From Amoebidium appalachense (taxonomy: Eukaryota; Protista; Ichthyosporea): DNA of 64,000 bases. Where the stretch lies: positions 6,117,264 through 6,181,263 of the forward strand of contig CAVNZM010000006.1 of the NCBI GenBank assembly GCA_963693365.1, in the 5' to 3' direction. Shown here in pieces: positions 21,850-35,426 of this stretch. Numbering within the stretch: position 1 is the first letter of the stretch; every line of letters begins with the position of its first letter. Position numbers and translations under genes: made by a program. The notes beneath the pieces were generated by a model, which worked only from the letters and a program-made list of their open reading frames with translations, did not search any database and was not told where the DNA came from.

Positions 21850-23447
21850 CGCAACCGATTCCTTTAATTACGGCACGCGTACGACACGGTCGACCTCCCT
21901 CACCTGTGGGCCAAGTTGGCCACTCGCGGTGTCCCATTCCAAATGGGTCGGCTACTGGAAGCTATGTTTACGTTTAAACGCGGACGGGCGGTGGTTAATG
22001 GGCGGCTATCCCCAGGGTTTACCCGCGCGCGCGGGGTACTTCAAGGGTCCCTGCTAAGCCCACTTCTTTTCAACCTGTATATTGATGATTTAGCCGACGC
22101 TCTTTTTGCGGCACAAATTGACGGGGGGTTGCCATCCCGGCTGTCACCTACTGAGCTCGAGGTGACTCGTATTTTTCCTTCCACACACAGCGAACACTGG
22201 ACTCTCGGGACCGTAGAGCCGCCGTGAGAGAAAGCATGCACGCGGTCGCGAGAGTGTAAGGAAAAAGGTGCGGGGCGAACGGCAAGTTCAAAGCAGCCTA
22301 CAATAGGCACCGTCAGGTATACGTGCCAGCCATCCCCTGCAGGCTCCCCCCGCCCTCTTTTTTGCCGACGATATTGTGCTTATGTCATCCGATCCTATCG
22401 AACTACGGCAATATATTCGTGTGGTTGAACATTGGTGCCAGCGCAACGATATGAAGGTTAACGTCAAAAAGTGTGCCCTTTTATCAAAATCGATACCGGC
22501 ATGGGACGACGTTTGTATATTCGGCAGTCCCGGCCCCTCCCTCGCCCGATCGAATATAAGTATTTGGGGCCCCGGGGTTCCGGTGGATGTGTGGGGCATA
22601 TGTTTCAAACGGATGGTCGACCGTCGGGTGGAGAGTGCAGGCCTTAGTGCAGGCAGGTGTCTTCGTTTATTTAGGGATGTGTATCTAGTTGCTAATCTTT
22701 CTACTACTTACACAACCGTCTTAGTATATTTCACACCTTTATTCGCCCTTTGTCTGAGTACGAATTGCCTTTATTAGCTATGGCACCCCCTGATACCGTT
22801 GCAAATGTTCTCCAATAACTAGATGACTTCCACTACACAACACTCTTCCGGCTACACGCATCCCCGCCGGACTCGTCCCTCTACGTATACCTCTTCCCTT
22901 CCACATCGTCTCTGCCCATTGTCGAGCGATATGCGGAGTGGCTGGCGACTCCACCGGAGGTACGGCTGGACCATATTGTGACTATGAATAGTTTTAAGTC
23001 TATGGCTGATAATAGATACCTTTTTACTTTACGTCGAGTCCCTCCCAGTGTTAGGTCAGCAAAAACACCAACTACTAGTAGCCTATATGGCGGATACGGT
23101 TAGACAATCTCGTTTCCTATATTGATTCGTTTATTCATGATGTTGTGTCGTATAAATATGCAAAGATGATTATGTCTTGGCGTTGTAATCGGTTTTTGGT
23201 GTCTCCTGCTCGTATGTGTAATATGTGTGGGGGGCGGTTTACTCGCGAATGCATATCTATCAATAAGTGTGACCTGTTAGCTAGTGTGGTAGAACCGGAG
23301 GTTATGGGCGGCTTTATTCTCTTTTCTACTTCTCTCCCCCAGTATATCCGTTATAAAATGACCGTGTTAGATCACCTTATTAATGCTGCACAGTATGATA
23401 TTGTGATACGGTGTCTTAACCGTTTCTCTCGGAGCTACCAATGCTAG
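21850..23447 (+). mobile_element. Decayed, 5'-truncated non-LTR retrotransposon (LINE) reverse transcriptase pseudogene
   Basis: RT motifs in broken frames: FL*LRHAYDTV (~21860), RGVLQGSLLSPLLFNLYIDDL (~22030-22092), LFFADDIVL (~22355), MKVNVKKC, EYKYLG (~22555). Cys-containing C-terminal segment WRCNRF...CNMCGGRFTR...VLDHLIN (23145-23447). Stops and frameshifts present. Confidence 0.88.
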
Positions 23448-24572
23448 CTTCTGAAGCGCTTATCCATAATCTATACTAGGGTTGTTTTATTGCATACAGT
23501 GTACATAAGTCACTAGCTGCATTTGATTGGCTGCGCTGGAAAACGCAGTAGGCCGTCAAGTGAGGCTGGGCCCCTGACGATGTCCGCAGCAATACAAAGT
23601 GCATAAACCCCATGCCAGCTTGCTAAGTGTAATATGTGCGTGGGGTTTACACACTTTCTGGGTCGGTAGCGGCTGACCCGCGGTGGAGTCTTTTCGGCCC
23701 GGGTACCATATCAGGAGCGGGCAATTTTTGAATTCTCCCTCCCCGGCCCCGCCGGGGAAAATTTGAGGTTTTTGGACCTCAAAGAAGTCAAATCCTGCAA
23801 AATCCACTACCGGGAGGCCAAAAAGGGTGATTTTACAAAAAAGGAGGGACATACATGAAAAAGAGAAAATGGGCGAGTTCAGTGGGCTGCCGATAAGTAT
23901 ATTTCGTGCTGGGCCGGTATACATGCTGCCGTGGTTGTTGCTGTAGACGGCAGTATGGCATCGCATGTGTCACGTGACCTGCACGTGAATGCGACCATGT
24001 GCAGGCACTGAGTCTAGGGGGATTTGTATGTGTGTTTTGGAGCACCGACAAGGCAGAGCCAGGGTGAGGGATGTGTAAACATGGAGTTTAGGGAGATCGT
24101 GCTGCTATTGTAACATGTGCACAAAACAGCCACGTGCACCGGCACACTCCGGTGTACAGAACAATAATATGCACATGCGTCACTGTAATATCATGTATGC
24201 GCATGCCGCACAAGGTTTAGGAGACCACCACAGTATATACTATTTTCTTTTGGTTGATATCCATGTAGGAATGGTGTGTTGCAGTTGTCATGATCAGCCT
24301 GAGGCAGGCACGTGCACTCACTGAATCACTAGAACTCATGAATAAAAAATACATTCGCTAAAAACGGCAAGGTAAATTTGGGGCCAAGCTATTATTTCCC
24401 CCTTTTAAACGTTTTTTTAGCTCCAAGAACTTCGACGCCAAAATTTCTATATTTGGCCATCGTATATGATAATGAACACGTGTACTTAAATTAAAGTAGT
24501 TATATAAATATGAGCGGCCCGTTACAAATACAGTGACGAAAAACAGTGACCCACGAGCAGTTTTTCTTTCTA

Positions 24573-24627
<55 letters not shown>

Positions 24628-25958
24628 ACACACACACCAGACACACACACCACCACCACGGTGACCACCACCACCACCACCACCACCACTCACCCCTTAA
24701 AAAAACCACACACATACGTGCACGTGTACACACACACACAGAACACCACCACCACCTCCACTGGACCCCATTTCCTCGTTGTTTTCTTAAGCCTTCAGAC
24801 CAGTCCTGCACACTGGAGTTAAACAATTGAATTCACCTAGGCTGACATGCATCCACCCCCGCCTTCCACTTCCCTCCCCCCACCCCCTCCCCCCACCCCC
24901 CCCCACCCCCACCCCCTCCCCCTCGATGAAGAAGGGCCCCCGTAAGCCTTGGGGGGGGGGGGGGAGGGGGGGGGGGAGAGGGGAAGGGGGGAGCTCTTGA
25001 GCCTCCGGGTAGGGAAGTGGGGTCCGGGGATCCGGAGAGGGAGGGGGGGGGGGGGGGGGGGAAGGGGGCATATAATATTGGGCCTAGATATCATAGTATG
25101 GGGCCCCGGGGGAGGGAGAGGTGGGGGGGGGAGGGGGGAGGATCCACGGGAAAGACCTTTAGGTGCATGTTCTTATTTATACCCCCTTCGAATCATCCCC
25201 CCTCTCCCCCCCCCCTCCCCCCTGAGTGCAGGCCGTGACGTAGCTACGATAACCCTGCAGAAGGCAACAAAAATGTATTAATTACTAGCACTATACATGT
25301 GTTCATAGTGCAGCTTGCACCACGTATGATCTCAGCAACTTTAAAGTAGTCACAAAGTTTAGTTATTTTCATTATTTTCATTGCTCTGAACTCTATTACT
25401 CTGAAATGATCACCGTGCATGTGCCGCAAGATAACAACCCTATATGTGTGCAGCTGCTGCCTGCAGGTTAGACTCGCTGAAAAGACAATTGTCAGTGTGC
25501 ATCCGACGCTTGCAGCTGCAGCTAGCCTCTGCAACATTAATACTTGCCAAGTGAATGCTCTTACACTTGATCATCATTCACTCAAAAAACCGAGGACCGA
25601 CAGATTAAATATTAATGTCGATCCGAATGATCAGCAAGTGTCTATGCGTACTACTATATATACACACACGTAAAATGCGAAGCTATCAGTTACAAGGCAC
25701 ACCTGCTGCACTGGCACACATACACATACACACCGGCAGATCGATGCTGTCAAAATTTACTTTCATGTACTTCGTAGGTCCGACACAGGTGCACATGAAC
25801 ACGTACATATGTACAAGCCGCGCACACACCACACCACACATACACACACACACACACACACTCACACACACACACGCACACACGCACACACGCACACACG
25901 CACACACGCACGCACGCACGCACACACACACACACACACACGCACGCACGCGCGCGCG

Positions 25959-26026
<68 letters not shown>

Positions 26027-26353
26027 GACACACACACACACACACACATCACTGGGTGCGCTCGCTGGGGATTAGTTTTTTGGCACGCTGTTGACTTTAT
26101 CGTGTGTTTATTATTTGCTATTTATTGGCCAGCGGCCAACATTTAAAAATATACTATATACCTAAAAATAGATACTGACTACGGCCAGCAGACATTATAC
26201 ACCTTCCAGGACACATTAACACCAATAGTCTAACACACCATACTCTCGATCACAAAGAATTCCTAACAAACAGAGAAAAGTGCAAAGGCTCTGTACTATT
26301 ACTCAGATTCTAAATTTTAATTCTTTACAGTAAACTTCGGAATGAAAGCTAGC

Positions 26354-26385
<32 letters not shown>

Positions 26386-26471
26386 CCCCTAACATGACTG
26401 TACGAAGAACAGGTATAACTTGAAGCACTACAACACATATGAGATCCGTTACATTGGTGTACATTCCAATA

Positions 26472-28140
26472 TTAGACACTAGTTTGGCTACTCTGACTAC
26501 TCTGAGATCCTGATTGGCTGCCTGCAGACTTGCGGCCACGATTACTTTGCTTTCGATCGTGCCATTGCAGCTGCGTCTCTCCAGCAGGTGGCAACGCCAG
26601 GCCCAGCACAGCAGATGCACGAGAAGGGGGTGGGAACTGCCCACCAGCCGAGGGCTGGCCCACATGGCCCAAGTAAGGATGGGGACCGTGCTGCGGCAGT
26701 AGCCCAGGCATGGGGAAGGCAGGGCCGGGCTGAGGCGGCATGATGCCCCACGGTGGGGGCCAGCCATGTGGGTGGTGCGGGCCTGGATGGGGTGCAGGGG
26801 GCATGTGCGGCACATGGCCCTGCTGCATGTCAAGCGCGGGTGCTGGTGGCATGGCATCCTGATTGGCTGCAACCCAACGTGGGCAGCTCTTGGCCCGATT
26901 GGAGCCGGGGCAGCCCTTGCCCTGGCGGCCACACGTCTTGCAGGTCTTGGGGGCTCTCTGGGGTGGCTGCATAGGAGGGGGCACCGGCAAATCCATCTGC
27001 AGGGGCCCCTCAGGGCCAATGTTGCGATGCTTTTTGCCCACTAGCATGGGCAAGGGCCGCTCACGCTGCGCCCCTGCATCGACACCGTCTGGAACAGGGA
27101 GGGGTGGCAAGGGGGCAGGCCGTATGGTTGCTGGCACAGCGTCTGCCCTCTCCTCGCGCATACGCTTGCGGTGATCTGCCAGGCCCTCGTGTGTGGAGCG
27201 CTGTGCATGTGCCGTCTGCCAGGTCTTCCACTTGTCGAAATGCTTCTTGATGTAGGCCGCATCCTTCATGTAGATTCCCCCAGCCACAGAGGCAGCCTTG
27301 TTGAAGTCTTGGGCCAAAGCCTCGAACAGCTGGCCGTTGGGCTTTGCATGTGCCTTGTAGGTGCCCAGGAGCAGCGTGCTGAATAGCTTGCGCTCCTGAG
27401 GGGTAAGCACCGGAAGGAAGGGGATGGCCACATGTTGCTTCTGCGCCAGGAACTTGTAGTCGCCCCTCAGTGCAGGGTCCGGCTGTGGTGCACCACGCGC
27501 CACCTGGTTGCCCCCCCCCATGGCAGCACCGTCACCCTCCTCGACCTCACAGTCCTCTGGCCCGCCCATCACGCCATTGGCTGCAGGCTCGATGTTATCA
27601 GACGGAGGTGGGGGTGCGGGCACCGCAACTGGCTCCTGCGCCGGGGCATTGGCCACACAGGAGAGCGGGGCAAAGTTGAAGTACTCCTCCGGTAGCTTGT
27701 AGCAGCCTACGGGTACCCACTGGGGGTCGAGGTGATGGCCGTACAGCATCAGCGCCAGTGCCTCCATGTCGTCAACAATCCAGGGGCTGTAGTGGGGGGG
27801 CCCCGATGCCTGGCCCAGGCGGTTGCGGTAGTGTGCACGCAGGTTGTGGCGGTGGCGCCTATTGGACATGGTGGCGTCCAGCAGGCGCAGCGACATGCGT
27901 GTGGCCCCAAAGTGGGTGGCCAGGGGGTTGTGCACTGCCCCCTCCACCTCGTTGGTGCCCCGGATGCAGCGGTAGCGCATGAGCCCATCTGCGTCGGCAG
28001 TGGTCTCGTAGTAGAGGGGCAGGCCGGGGGGGTCCGACAGACAGCCATTTTGGGCGTGTTCGAGCAGCGACTGTGGGGGCACAAGCAAACATCAGAGAGA
28101 TGGGTGGGTGGTGGTGGTGGTAGTGTGTGTGTATGTGTGT

Positions 28141-28188
<48 letters not shown>

Positions 28189-28260
28189 TGGGGTTGCTAA
28201 GGAAAAAAACGAGCAGGGAAAGGCAAAAAACAACTGGCTAGGCAGCAAGGGCCGTGCGGG

Positions 28261-28328
<68 letters not shown>

Positions 28329-28332
28329 ATGT

Positions 28333-28367
<35 letters not shown>

Positions 28368-28894
28368 GGCTAGGGTGTGCGTGTGTGTGCAGATGAACCA
28401 AGGATGACAAATAAGCGAAGAATCTTTTCTGTGGTGGTGGAGTTGTTGGGCGCCTGCAGGGGGAGGGGGGGGGGGGATGTTGCCTCGAGTCTTTCAAAGC
28501 CATCCTTCTTGAACAGAGGCTTGCCATCCGGTCCGGGCGGCACATCCTTGTAGGTGTTTTTGAACTCCACCAGCCGCGAGACCAGCGTGTATGGGTCGGG
28601 AATAACCCGCCGGATGCGCTCCATGAAGTAGCTCAGGTCGCCGCCCTTGAGCTCGGTTTCAATGTCGATGCCCTTCTGCTCCAGCACCCCCTGTGAGGCA
28701 GGATGCCAATATTAATTTACTACGCACACTGCAATTTGGGTTTGGTAGACTTTGATACCTGCCGTTATTGTAGGACCCCTCCCCTCCACCCCCCCCATCT
28801 TCTCCCCCAACACAAGTAAAAAATGCATGTGGCTATTTCCCCCCACAACCCTACATTATTTCTCTCTAGGCATATGAATAACCCCCACTCTCCC

Positions 28895-28956
<62 letters not shown>

Positions 28957-30003
28957 TTGCCCCCCTCTCTCTGAGGCTCAGGCTCTCTCTCTTCCCTCAG
29001 AAGTTTTGTCGAAGGTGTGCATGGTTGTGGGTGGAATGGTGAGTGTGTGCTAACGAGTGTATGTGTGTGTGCGCGTCAGTCACGCATGTTGTTGTTGCCG
29101 TTTTTTTTATTTTTATTTTTTATTTTTTATTTTGGGGGGGGGGGAGGGGGGGGGGGCACCTTCACATGTCCGTAATCCTCTTCATTCCACACAAATATTG
29201 CCTCGCTGAGTGCGCGTGCGTACTCAGCCCTGCGGGGGTGTGACTTGTACGTGCCGTCCGCCGTGTTTGCAATGGAGTGGAAGGCGTCATTCAGCACAGT
29301 CTGCCACACCACCTCCCCAGGCGGTGCCTGGCCCAACATGCCCTCTCTGGGAGCTGCCTCGGGTCCCCCTGGGGCTGCCTCAAGGCCCCCCGGGGCTGCC
29401 TGGGGGTCCTGGGGGGGTGCCTGTGGGCCGGCAAGGGGTTGCTGCTGCTCGGCAGGGGGAGGACTGGCAGGGGGAGGGGCTGGGTCAGGGACCACCGGCA
29501 CCTCGGCACCTGGGTCCGGTGGGGGCTGAATGGGCCGTAGCCACTGCAGGTGCACCATCAGCTCAAAGGGCGGCGGGCCCAGCTCTCCCAGGGTCTTGCC
29601 CTTGTCGGGGCCAAAGGGCACCTGCATGGCCGGCGACAGCACCTGATCCACCCGCACCACTGCATGCTTCTTGCCCACCTTCATGCCCCCCCAGCGCTCC
29701 GGCTGCACAGCCAGCACCACCCCGGTGGCTGCTGCAGCATGTGGGCCCCGCCGGGGCACAATCTCAACCCCTTCACCGAGTGCCTTTGCATGAAGCCGCG
29801 CTGCATGTCATAGAGGGAAGCAAAAAACTCAGCCAAAAAGCCACAGCACCAACGTTTTTCTCTTCGCTCCACAAAAATCAAATGCATATTCCTTAGCAAC
29901 CCCCTTCCCCCCCCCCCCCCCCCCCCCCCCTTCTCCCTCCCCCCCCCCCCCCTCTCCCAGTGCCCAGCTTGTGTGGCACTTGCACGTGTTAACAGTGCTA
30001 TAG

Positions 30004-30039
<36 letters not shown>

Positions 30040-30130
30040 ACCACCACCACCACCACCAATCACCCCCTCCTTTGATAGCCACCCGACACCCAGCATAACA
30101 CAACTGGAACACTGGCCCATGTGGTCAGCC

Positions 30131-30171
<41 letters not shown>

Positions 30172-31700
30172 CCCTCCTCCCCCTCCCCTCTCCCTCTGGG
30201 GGGCCCACAATCTTTCTATATCTGGCATAAGCACATAAGCACTGGGGCAAAAAGCAGGTGGGATACACACCTGACAGGTTTGGCCTATCGACCACGGCCG
30301 AGTAGACCTGCAGGGACGCATATGCATCAAGGGCAGCGTAGGTGGCCTGCACCTCTGATAGCGGCTCGTGCCAGTTGGAGCATCGAACAAGTGCCGGCTT
30401 GGGCAGCTTCTTGCCTATGACCTGGGCAGTGATGTCGGCCAAGCCCCGGGCCGCAGAGGTGATAGCTGCACGGGCATAGCAGAACCGGCCCAGCTCCAGA
30501 TAGCTGGCCACAGGGGTGCCGTAGTCCTTGTTGAGGTGGGCCGAGTCCGTGCCGATCTGCTTGCCCACCTTGATGATGCTGGGGTCCCTAAGCAGCGCAA
30601 TCAGCTCGTCCACCAGCCGCGCGGGCGGGCTGTGGTTGGGGCCCATGCGTGCCAAGTGGAAGATGTACACGGCCCGTGCGGTGGCAATCTGCAGCGTGCA
30701 AACCTTGGACCGCGCCTGGCCCACCCGATAGACCCACTCGCAGTCCAGCCCCACCACGCGGTGCTGCTGCCCCTCCAGGTCGGCACGAATGGCCGCTGTA
30801 GCCACCACCGCCCCCTGGCAGTCGGTGTACACCGGCTTAGGGTAGTTGGCCGGCAGCTCCAGCCCAGGCAGACCGTCCGTCACGCTTACCAGCGCAGCCT
30901 CGTTCAGACGGACGGGGCATTTTGGCCGGGCTAGGGTTGGAAACATGCGCTCAACAAACGCCCGGTCTTGGCAGCACCGATCTGTGTAGAAGAAGGCCGG
31001 GCCCTTGCTGTTGAGCGCCGCCGTGGTGGCAGAGATGCGCTGGATCACGGGCTCAATCTCCTGGTGGCTGCAGTCCCGTGTAAATACCTGCGCCCGGATC
31101 TCTGGGGTGCCGCACTGTGTGAGAGGGCATCTCCGAGCGGCCATGCATGTTCTAGCTTCCCTTACCACATGGCCCTTCACGAGACTTCAGTGCCCACACA
31201 ATCCTTTCCCCCTCCCTCCCCCCAAACCCATGTGCCCACATACTTTCCCCTCCCTCTCCCCCAAAACCCTTCCCCCTCCTTCCCCCCAAACCCATGTGCC
31301 CACATACTTTCCCCAGGCCTCCCTTTCCCCCAAAATCTTCCCCCCCCCCCCCTCCCCCTAAACCCATGTACCTACAATCCTTCCCCCTTCCTCCCCCTAA
31401 ACCCTTGTGATCACAATCCTTTCCCCCTCTCTGCCTTCCCCCCAAACCCATGTGCCCACGATCCTTCCCCACTCCCCCTCCCCCCAAACCATGGGACAGC
31501 CCTCCATATGGCACCTACTGTCCCCCCCCCCCCCCCCCCCCCCCACCCCACCCCGGGCCTCTTGCCCTCTCTACCTTCAACCCCGACGGTGGTGTCTCCC
31601 CCCCCCCCCCCCCCCCCCCCCCTGCATCCCTTGCAATCACTGGCCCCTACTCCCATTCTGCTTGGCAGAAGCTTGCCCCCCCCCCCCCCCCCCCCCCCCC

Positions 31701-31748
<48 letters not shown>

Positions 31749-31981
31749 ATTCCCCGCCAAAAGAAAGCTCCACCCCAGCCCACCCCAATCTCTACCCAGC
31801 AAAAACACATACACACATATCTGGAGCTTCCTAGTTTTTGCTCGACAGGGCAAGAATTGTCCCCAAAACCCACATACTACAAACCTCTACTCACAGTGTG
31901 CCACCTCATTAAATGTGGAGCCTAAGAGATTTAAAGGCCCTAGAGGGGGGAGGGGGGGGGGAGGGGGGGGGAGGGGGGCGT

Positions 31982-32012
<31 letters not shown>

Positions 32013-32442
32013 GGGGTGTGGGGGGGGGGGGGGGGAGGGGGGAAGGGGGCCTGGGGGAGAGTGGGGGGAGGGGGGAGAAGAGGAGGGACCACACACCGCC
32101 AAGCTCGTTTACACAAGTCCATAGGCCTCGGTACAGAGGCTCCCCATTGATGCCGGTGAGCTTCCCAATTTGGAAGGTGTGGTCGGCCTTGAGCACGTTG
32201 TTTACGGGCTTGAGCTGCGTGTCCAGGCTCTGGTACTTTGCCGTGCGGTCGCTGAACTCAGTATACACGGCACTCAGGTATTTGCCTGAACCCCAAGTAC
32301 TGTTAGAACTCCACCACCCTCCCATCAGGACCATCCCCCCCATTCCCTCTAGTCCCTCGTGTTCATCTCACCTCTCTGTATTTTCGTAAGTCTGTATGGC
32401 TTTTCCCATCTCAAAAACGCTACACACCCATCTCCGGCCGTT

Positions 32443-32479
<37 letters not shown>

Positions 32480-32659
32480 CCCCGCCCCTCCCCGGCGCGC
32501 GCAAACCCTCCAAGTCATTGCACCAACTTTCACCTTCTTTCCCCTTTGTGCCCCATCTGCAGTTTGTCCCCTGCACGTCCGTTTGCCCTTCCCCCCACAC
32601 CCTCCTGCCACTACTATAATAACCATTAAGTACCGCCACCAAGATCCAGTCTACCACCA

Positions 32660-32702
<43 letters not shown>

Positions 32703-32852
32703 CTCTCCACCTCCTTTCCCCCAACACACACAGACACACATGCGCACACCCACCATCTCATTCTCAGGCATAACAGTTCTCCACGATTTCCCAAGCACAC
32801 TCACTGGTACATGGACCGTTATGCTTTCACCCCTCTGATGATCCCTCTGCCC

Positions 32853-32883
<31 letters not shown>

Positions 32884-32963
32884 ACCACCACCACCACCAC
32901 CACCACCATGACTGATTGCCACCACCACCACCTAATCCATCACCATGTCCCCCCTCCCCCCTC

Positions 32964-32994
<31 letters not shown>

Positions 32995-34389
32995 ACACAC
33001 GGACCCACAAGTACACGCACACTCACAGGCGCACATCCACCACCACACATCCACCACCACCATAATAGAAACTTATTGACCACACTTCCAAAACCCATTT
33101 CCAAGTCCCCCCCCCCCCCTAAAAAAAAAATAAAAAATAATAAAACAAAACCCTACCAAGCCAACCCAAAAAATGCCCAAGCACGTGCATACAAAACAAT
33201 GGGGACCATTTACACACCCAAAATGCAGTGCACACTTGCCTGAAGGCACATGTCCAGCGTAACCATTTTTGTCACCAAACGCCGAGAACTTAGCCGCCTG
33301 CTCCTCTGGGGGAAGTTCTGTCAGGCGCTGGTCGTGGGGGCGGAAATCGTTACGCTTTTTGAGTTCATACTTGGTCCAATGCAGCGCCCTCGAGTAATAC
33401 AGGAGCCGCTGCTCGTCGTATCGCTGCTTGTGGAGCTCCGAGAGGAGGGTGGCAAAGGCGTTTGGGCCCACACCTTTGTCTGCCAGTGCACGCAACAATG
33501 TTACCACCTTTAGGTCGAGCCCACTGCGGTGGCTAAGGTAGGCCGGAAACTGATCACGCATGAAGAGTGGAAGGCGTTTAATTGTCTGGGGGTTTGTGCC
33601 GGCAAAGTTTTTTTTGCATGTGTCACAAAAGTACCGGGCCGTGATAATGTAGTAGCAGCTGTCAAAGTCGATAACACGCCGTCCTACGGGGTTGCTCATG
33701 AACCCATTGCGAGAAGTACGGTGTGGGTTGGGGTGGTTGTGGGGGTCCACGTAGTGATCATCGAAGGGGCACGGCACCATGAAACCGGGAGACAACCTTT
33801 CCGGAAGCCAGGCAAAACATCTGGGTTTGTAGAAAGGCGCTGGATCGCCCCCAAAATTAAAGCCTATAATGGGAGGTGGAAGATGCCACCCCACAGGCGT
33901 CTTCTCATCTTTGAGACTCTCTTTCACTGTGTGCAGGTGCGACTTGATTGTTTCGCCCGCCGCGTCAGAAAACTCCTCTCCACCGTCATCCCCGTCCGTA
34001 TTATCTTCTCCCTCTTCCTCCCCTTCATCCTCGTCTACCCGGTACGCATCTGCTGCTGCATTTAGCAAAGGTTCCTCGTCGGGTTGCACCTGTATGTCTG
34101 GTGGGTGTGGAGCAGGGGCCCGATCCATTTCTCTTGGTAACGAATGGACGCTACCTGCCTCAACTACACGGGCCCTTATGTCGGCGGCCTTAGATAGAGG
34201 GGGCTGTTCGGGTTGTACGTTTACGTTTAGTTCCTGCAAAACAGCTTTGTTTGCCGTCCCAAAACCTGCAAAGTTCGCTAAAGGCTGAACAAATGCAGCA
34301 TCTTTTTTTTTGCGCCCAGCTCCCTCCCTAGCTCCGCCTGTTTTATGCCCAGGGCGCTGTGTTGTGCCCTTAGGGCAGCCTGGCTTCAT
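26472..34389 (-). mobile_element. Dada-superfamily DNA transposon gene: ~1538-aa DDE transposase with inserted DEDDy (WRN/EXD2-like) 3'-5' exonuclease; element termini not determined
   Basis: 6 phase-consistent exons (minus): 34389-33240, 32285-32097, 31101-30271, 29800-29160, 28690-28484, 28070-26472; 4617 nt open. Motifs: GGAREGAGRK; DUF6729-like FAWLP..PCP..RRVID..RYFCDTC..FPAYLSHRSGLD; LKADHTF (D1); VNELGEIRAQ; YTDRCC (D2); exonuclease VGLDCEW / IGTD / YAALDAY; NDAFH (DxxH); LSDPPG; RCIRGTNEVEGAVH (E); C-terminal Cys cluster CKTCG...CPG...C. This domain order matches exonuclease-bearing Dada transposases as I recall them. Confidence 0.85.
31185..31500. repeat. Degenerate ~40-50-bp minisatellite inside transposase intron 2
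   Basis: Several recurrences of AAACCCATGTGCCCACATACTTTCCCC-like units separated by C-rich spacers. Confidence 0.6.
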
Positions 34390-35249
34390 TTTAAACACTT
34401 GGGGCCTGGCCCCCTGCCCCCCTAGTGCGACTACGTTACCGCAAACATTCCCGTATTCCAGTGTGCTCGGCAATGCTGCTCATGGCCTTCCCGGACTGGT
34501 TGTGACCAGTAAAGAGCGCGCCAATTCCTGACCGCCGCCTACAGCAGTGTATGATCTGTTATCCATATTCGGCAAAAGGGGTCTTGCCCAACCAATGGCT
34601 TGAATCCTTGTAACTTTGCTTTATCCATATAAGGTTAGCTGAACACCCCCCCCTCCAATCATACCCCCCCCTTCTCTCTAGTAGTAGCTCCTGGCATGCC
34701 GCACCCCCCGTCTTTTCACACCCTGTTGATGAACATACCAATAAAAACAATCTCACCAATCAAAACAACTACAGCGGCAAATTCAGAAAGATTCACACCC
34801 TGGAAAAGCAACAGCGGCAGGGAACCACCCAGGCCGCTAGTATAGCCTCATACAGGCCACGCTCAACTCTTTTCCACTTCGATTATTGTCATCGATCATT
34901 CAGTAAAACAAGTGAATCGGTTTTCTGCAGTTACGGAGCAACTTACGAAAAGCCTGTTGAAACTTCGAGGACTCGACGAGAGCTCTCTGATTTGAAGCCC
35001 TGGATCCGGATCAACATAGGCATACGTTTGGGCTCTCCCATCAGATATTGTGCATGTAGCCTACACCTAGAATTAAGTTTCATTCGATTCGAAAAGAATA
35101 ATGGAGAATAAACTATGTAGTGTAGTGTGACTCTTTTTACTCAAGAATCTCACGGCATCATTGAGGGGCGTCAAAAGTTGGACTGCCAAGCCCATGGAAT
35201 CTGGGAGTTAAAAGATTCGAACCCTGAATGTTTACCCATTCTTTTGTTA

Positions 35250-35312
35250 GTGATTGGCTGATGCCGCTCATCCAATAGTCATCCACTTGCCTCAAAGGCA
35301 GCACCTATATAA
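35250..35312 (+). promoter_or_regulatory. Putative Pol II promoter (CCAAT boxes + TATA) of the ATP-grasp gene
   Basis: ATTGG ~35253, CCAAT ~35272, TATATAA 35306-35312, about 120 nt upstream of ATG 35427. Confidence 0.5.
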
Positions 35313-35426
35313 TGCATGCTGGCCGTCCCGTTTTGGGCAACTTGAATAGTTCTTTCTCGTGGGAGGGGCCGTGTACGCTTCTGCATTACGAAGGACAACG
35401 GTTTAACCCTTTTACTACCCCACAAA

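Noticed and set aside
23470-34850. Short inverted matches as termini of the Dada element (CTATACTAG/CTAGTATAG; GCCGTCTACAGCA/GCCGCCTACAGCA)
   Set aside because: 9-13-bp matches are near chance level and no TSD was identified.
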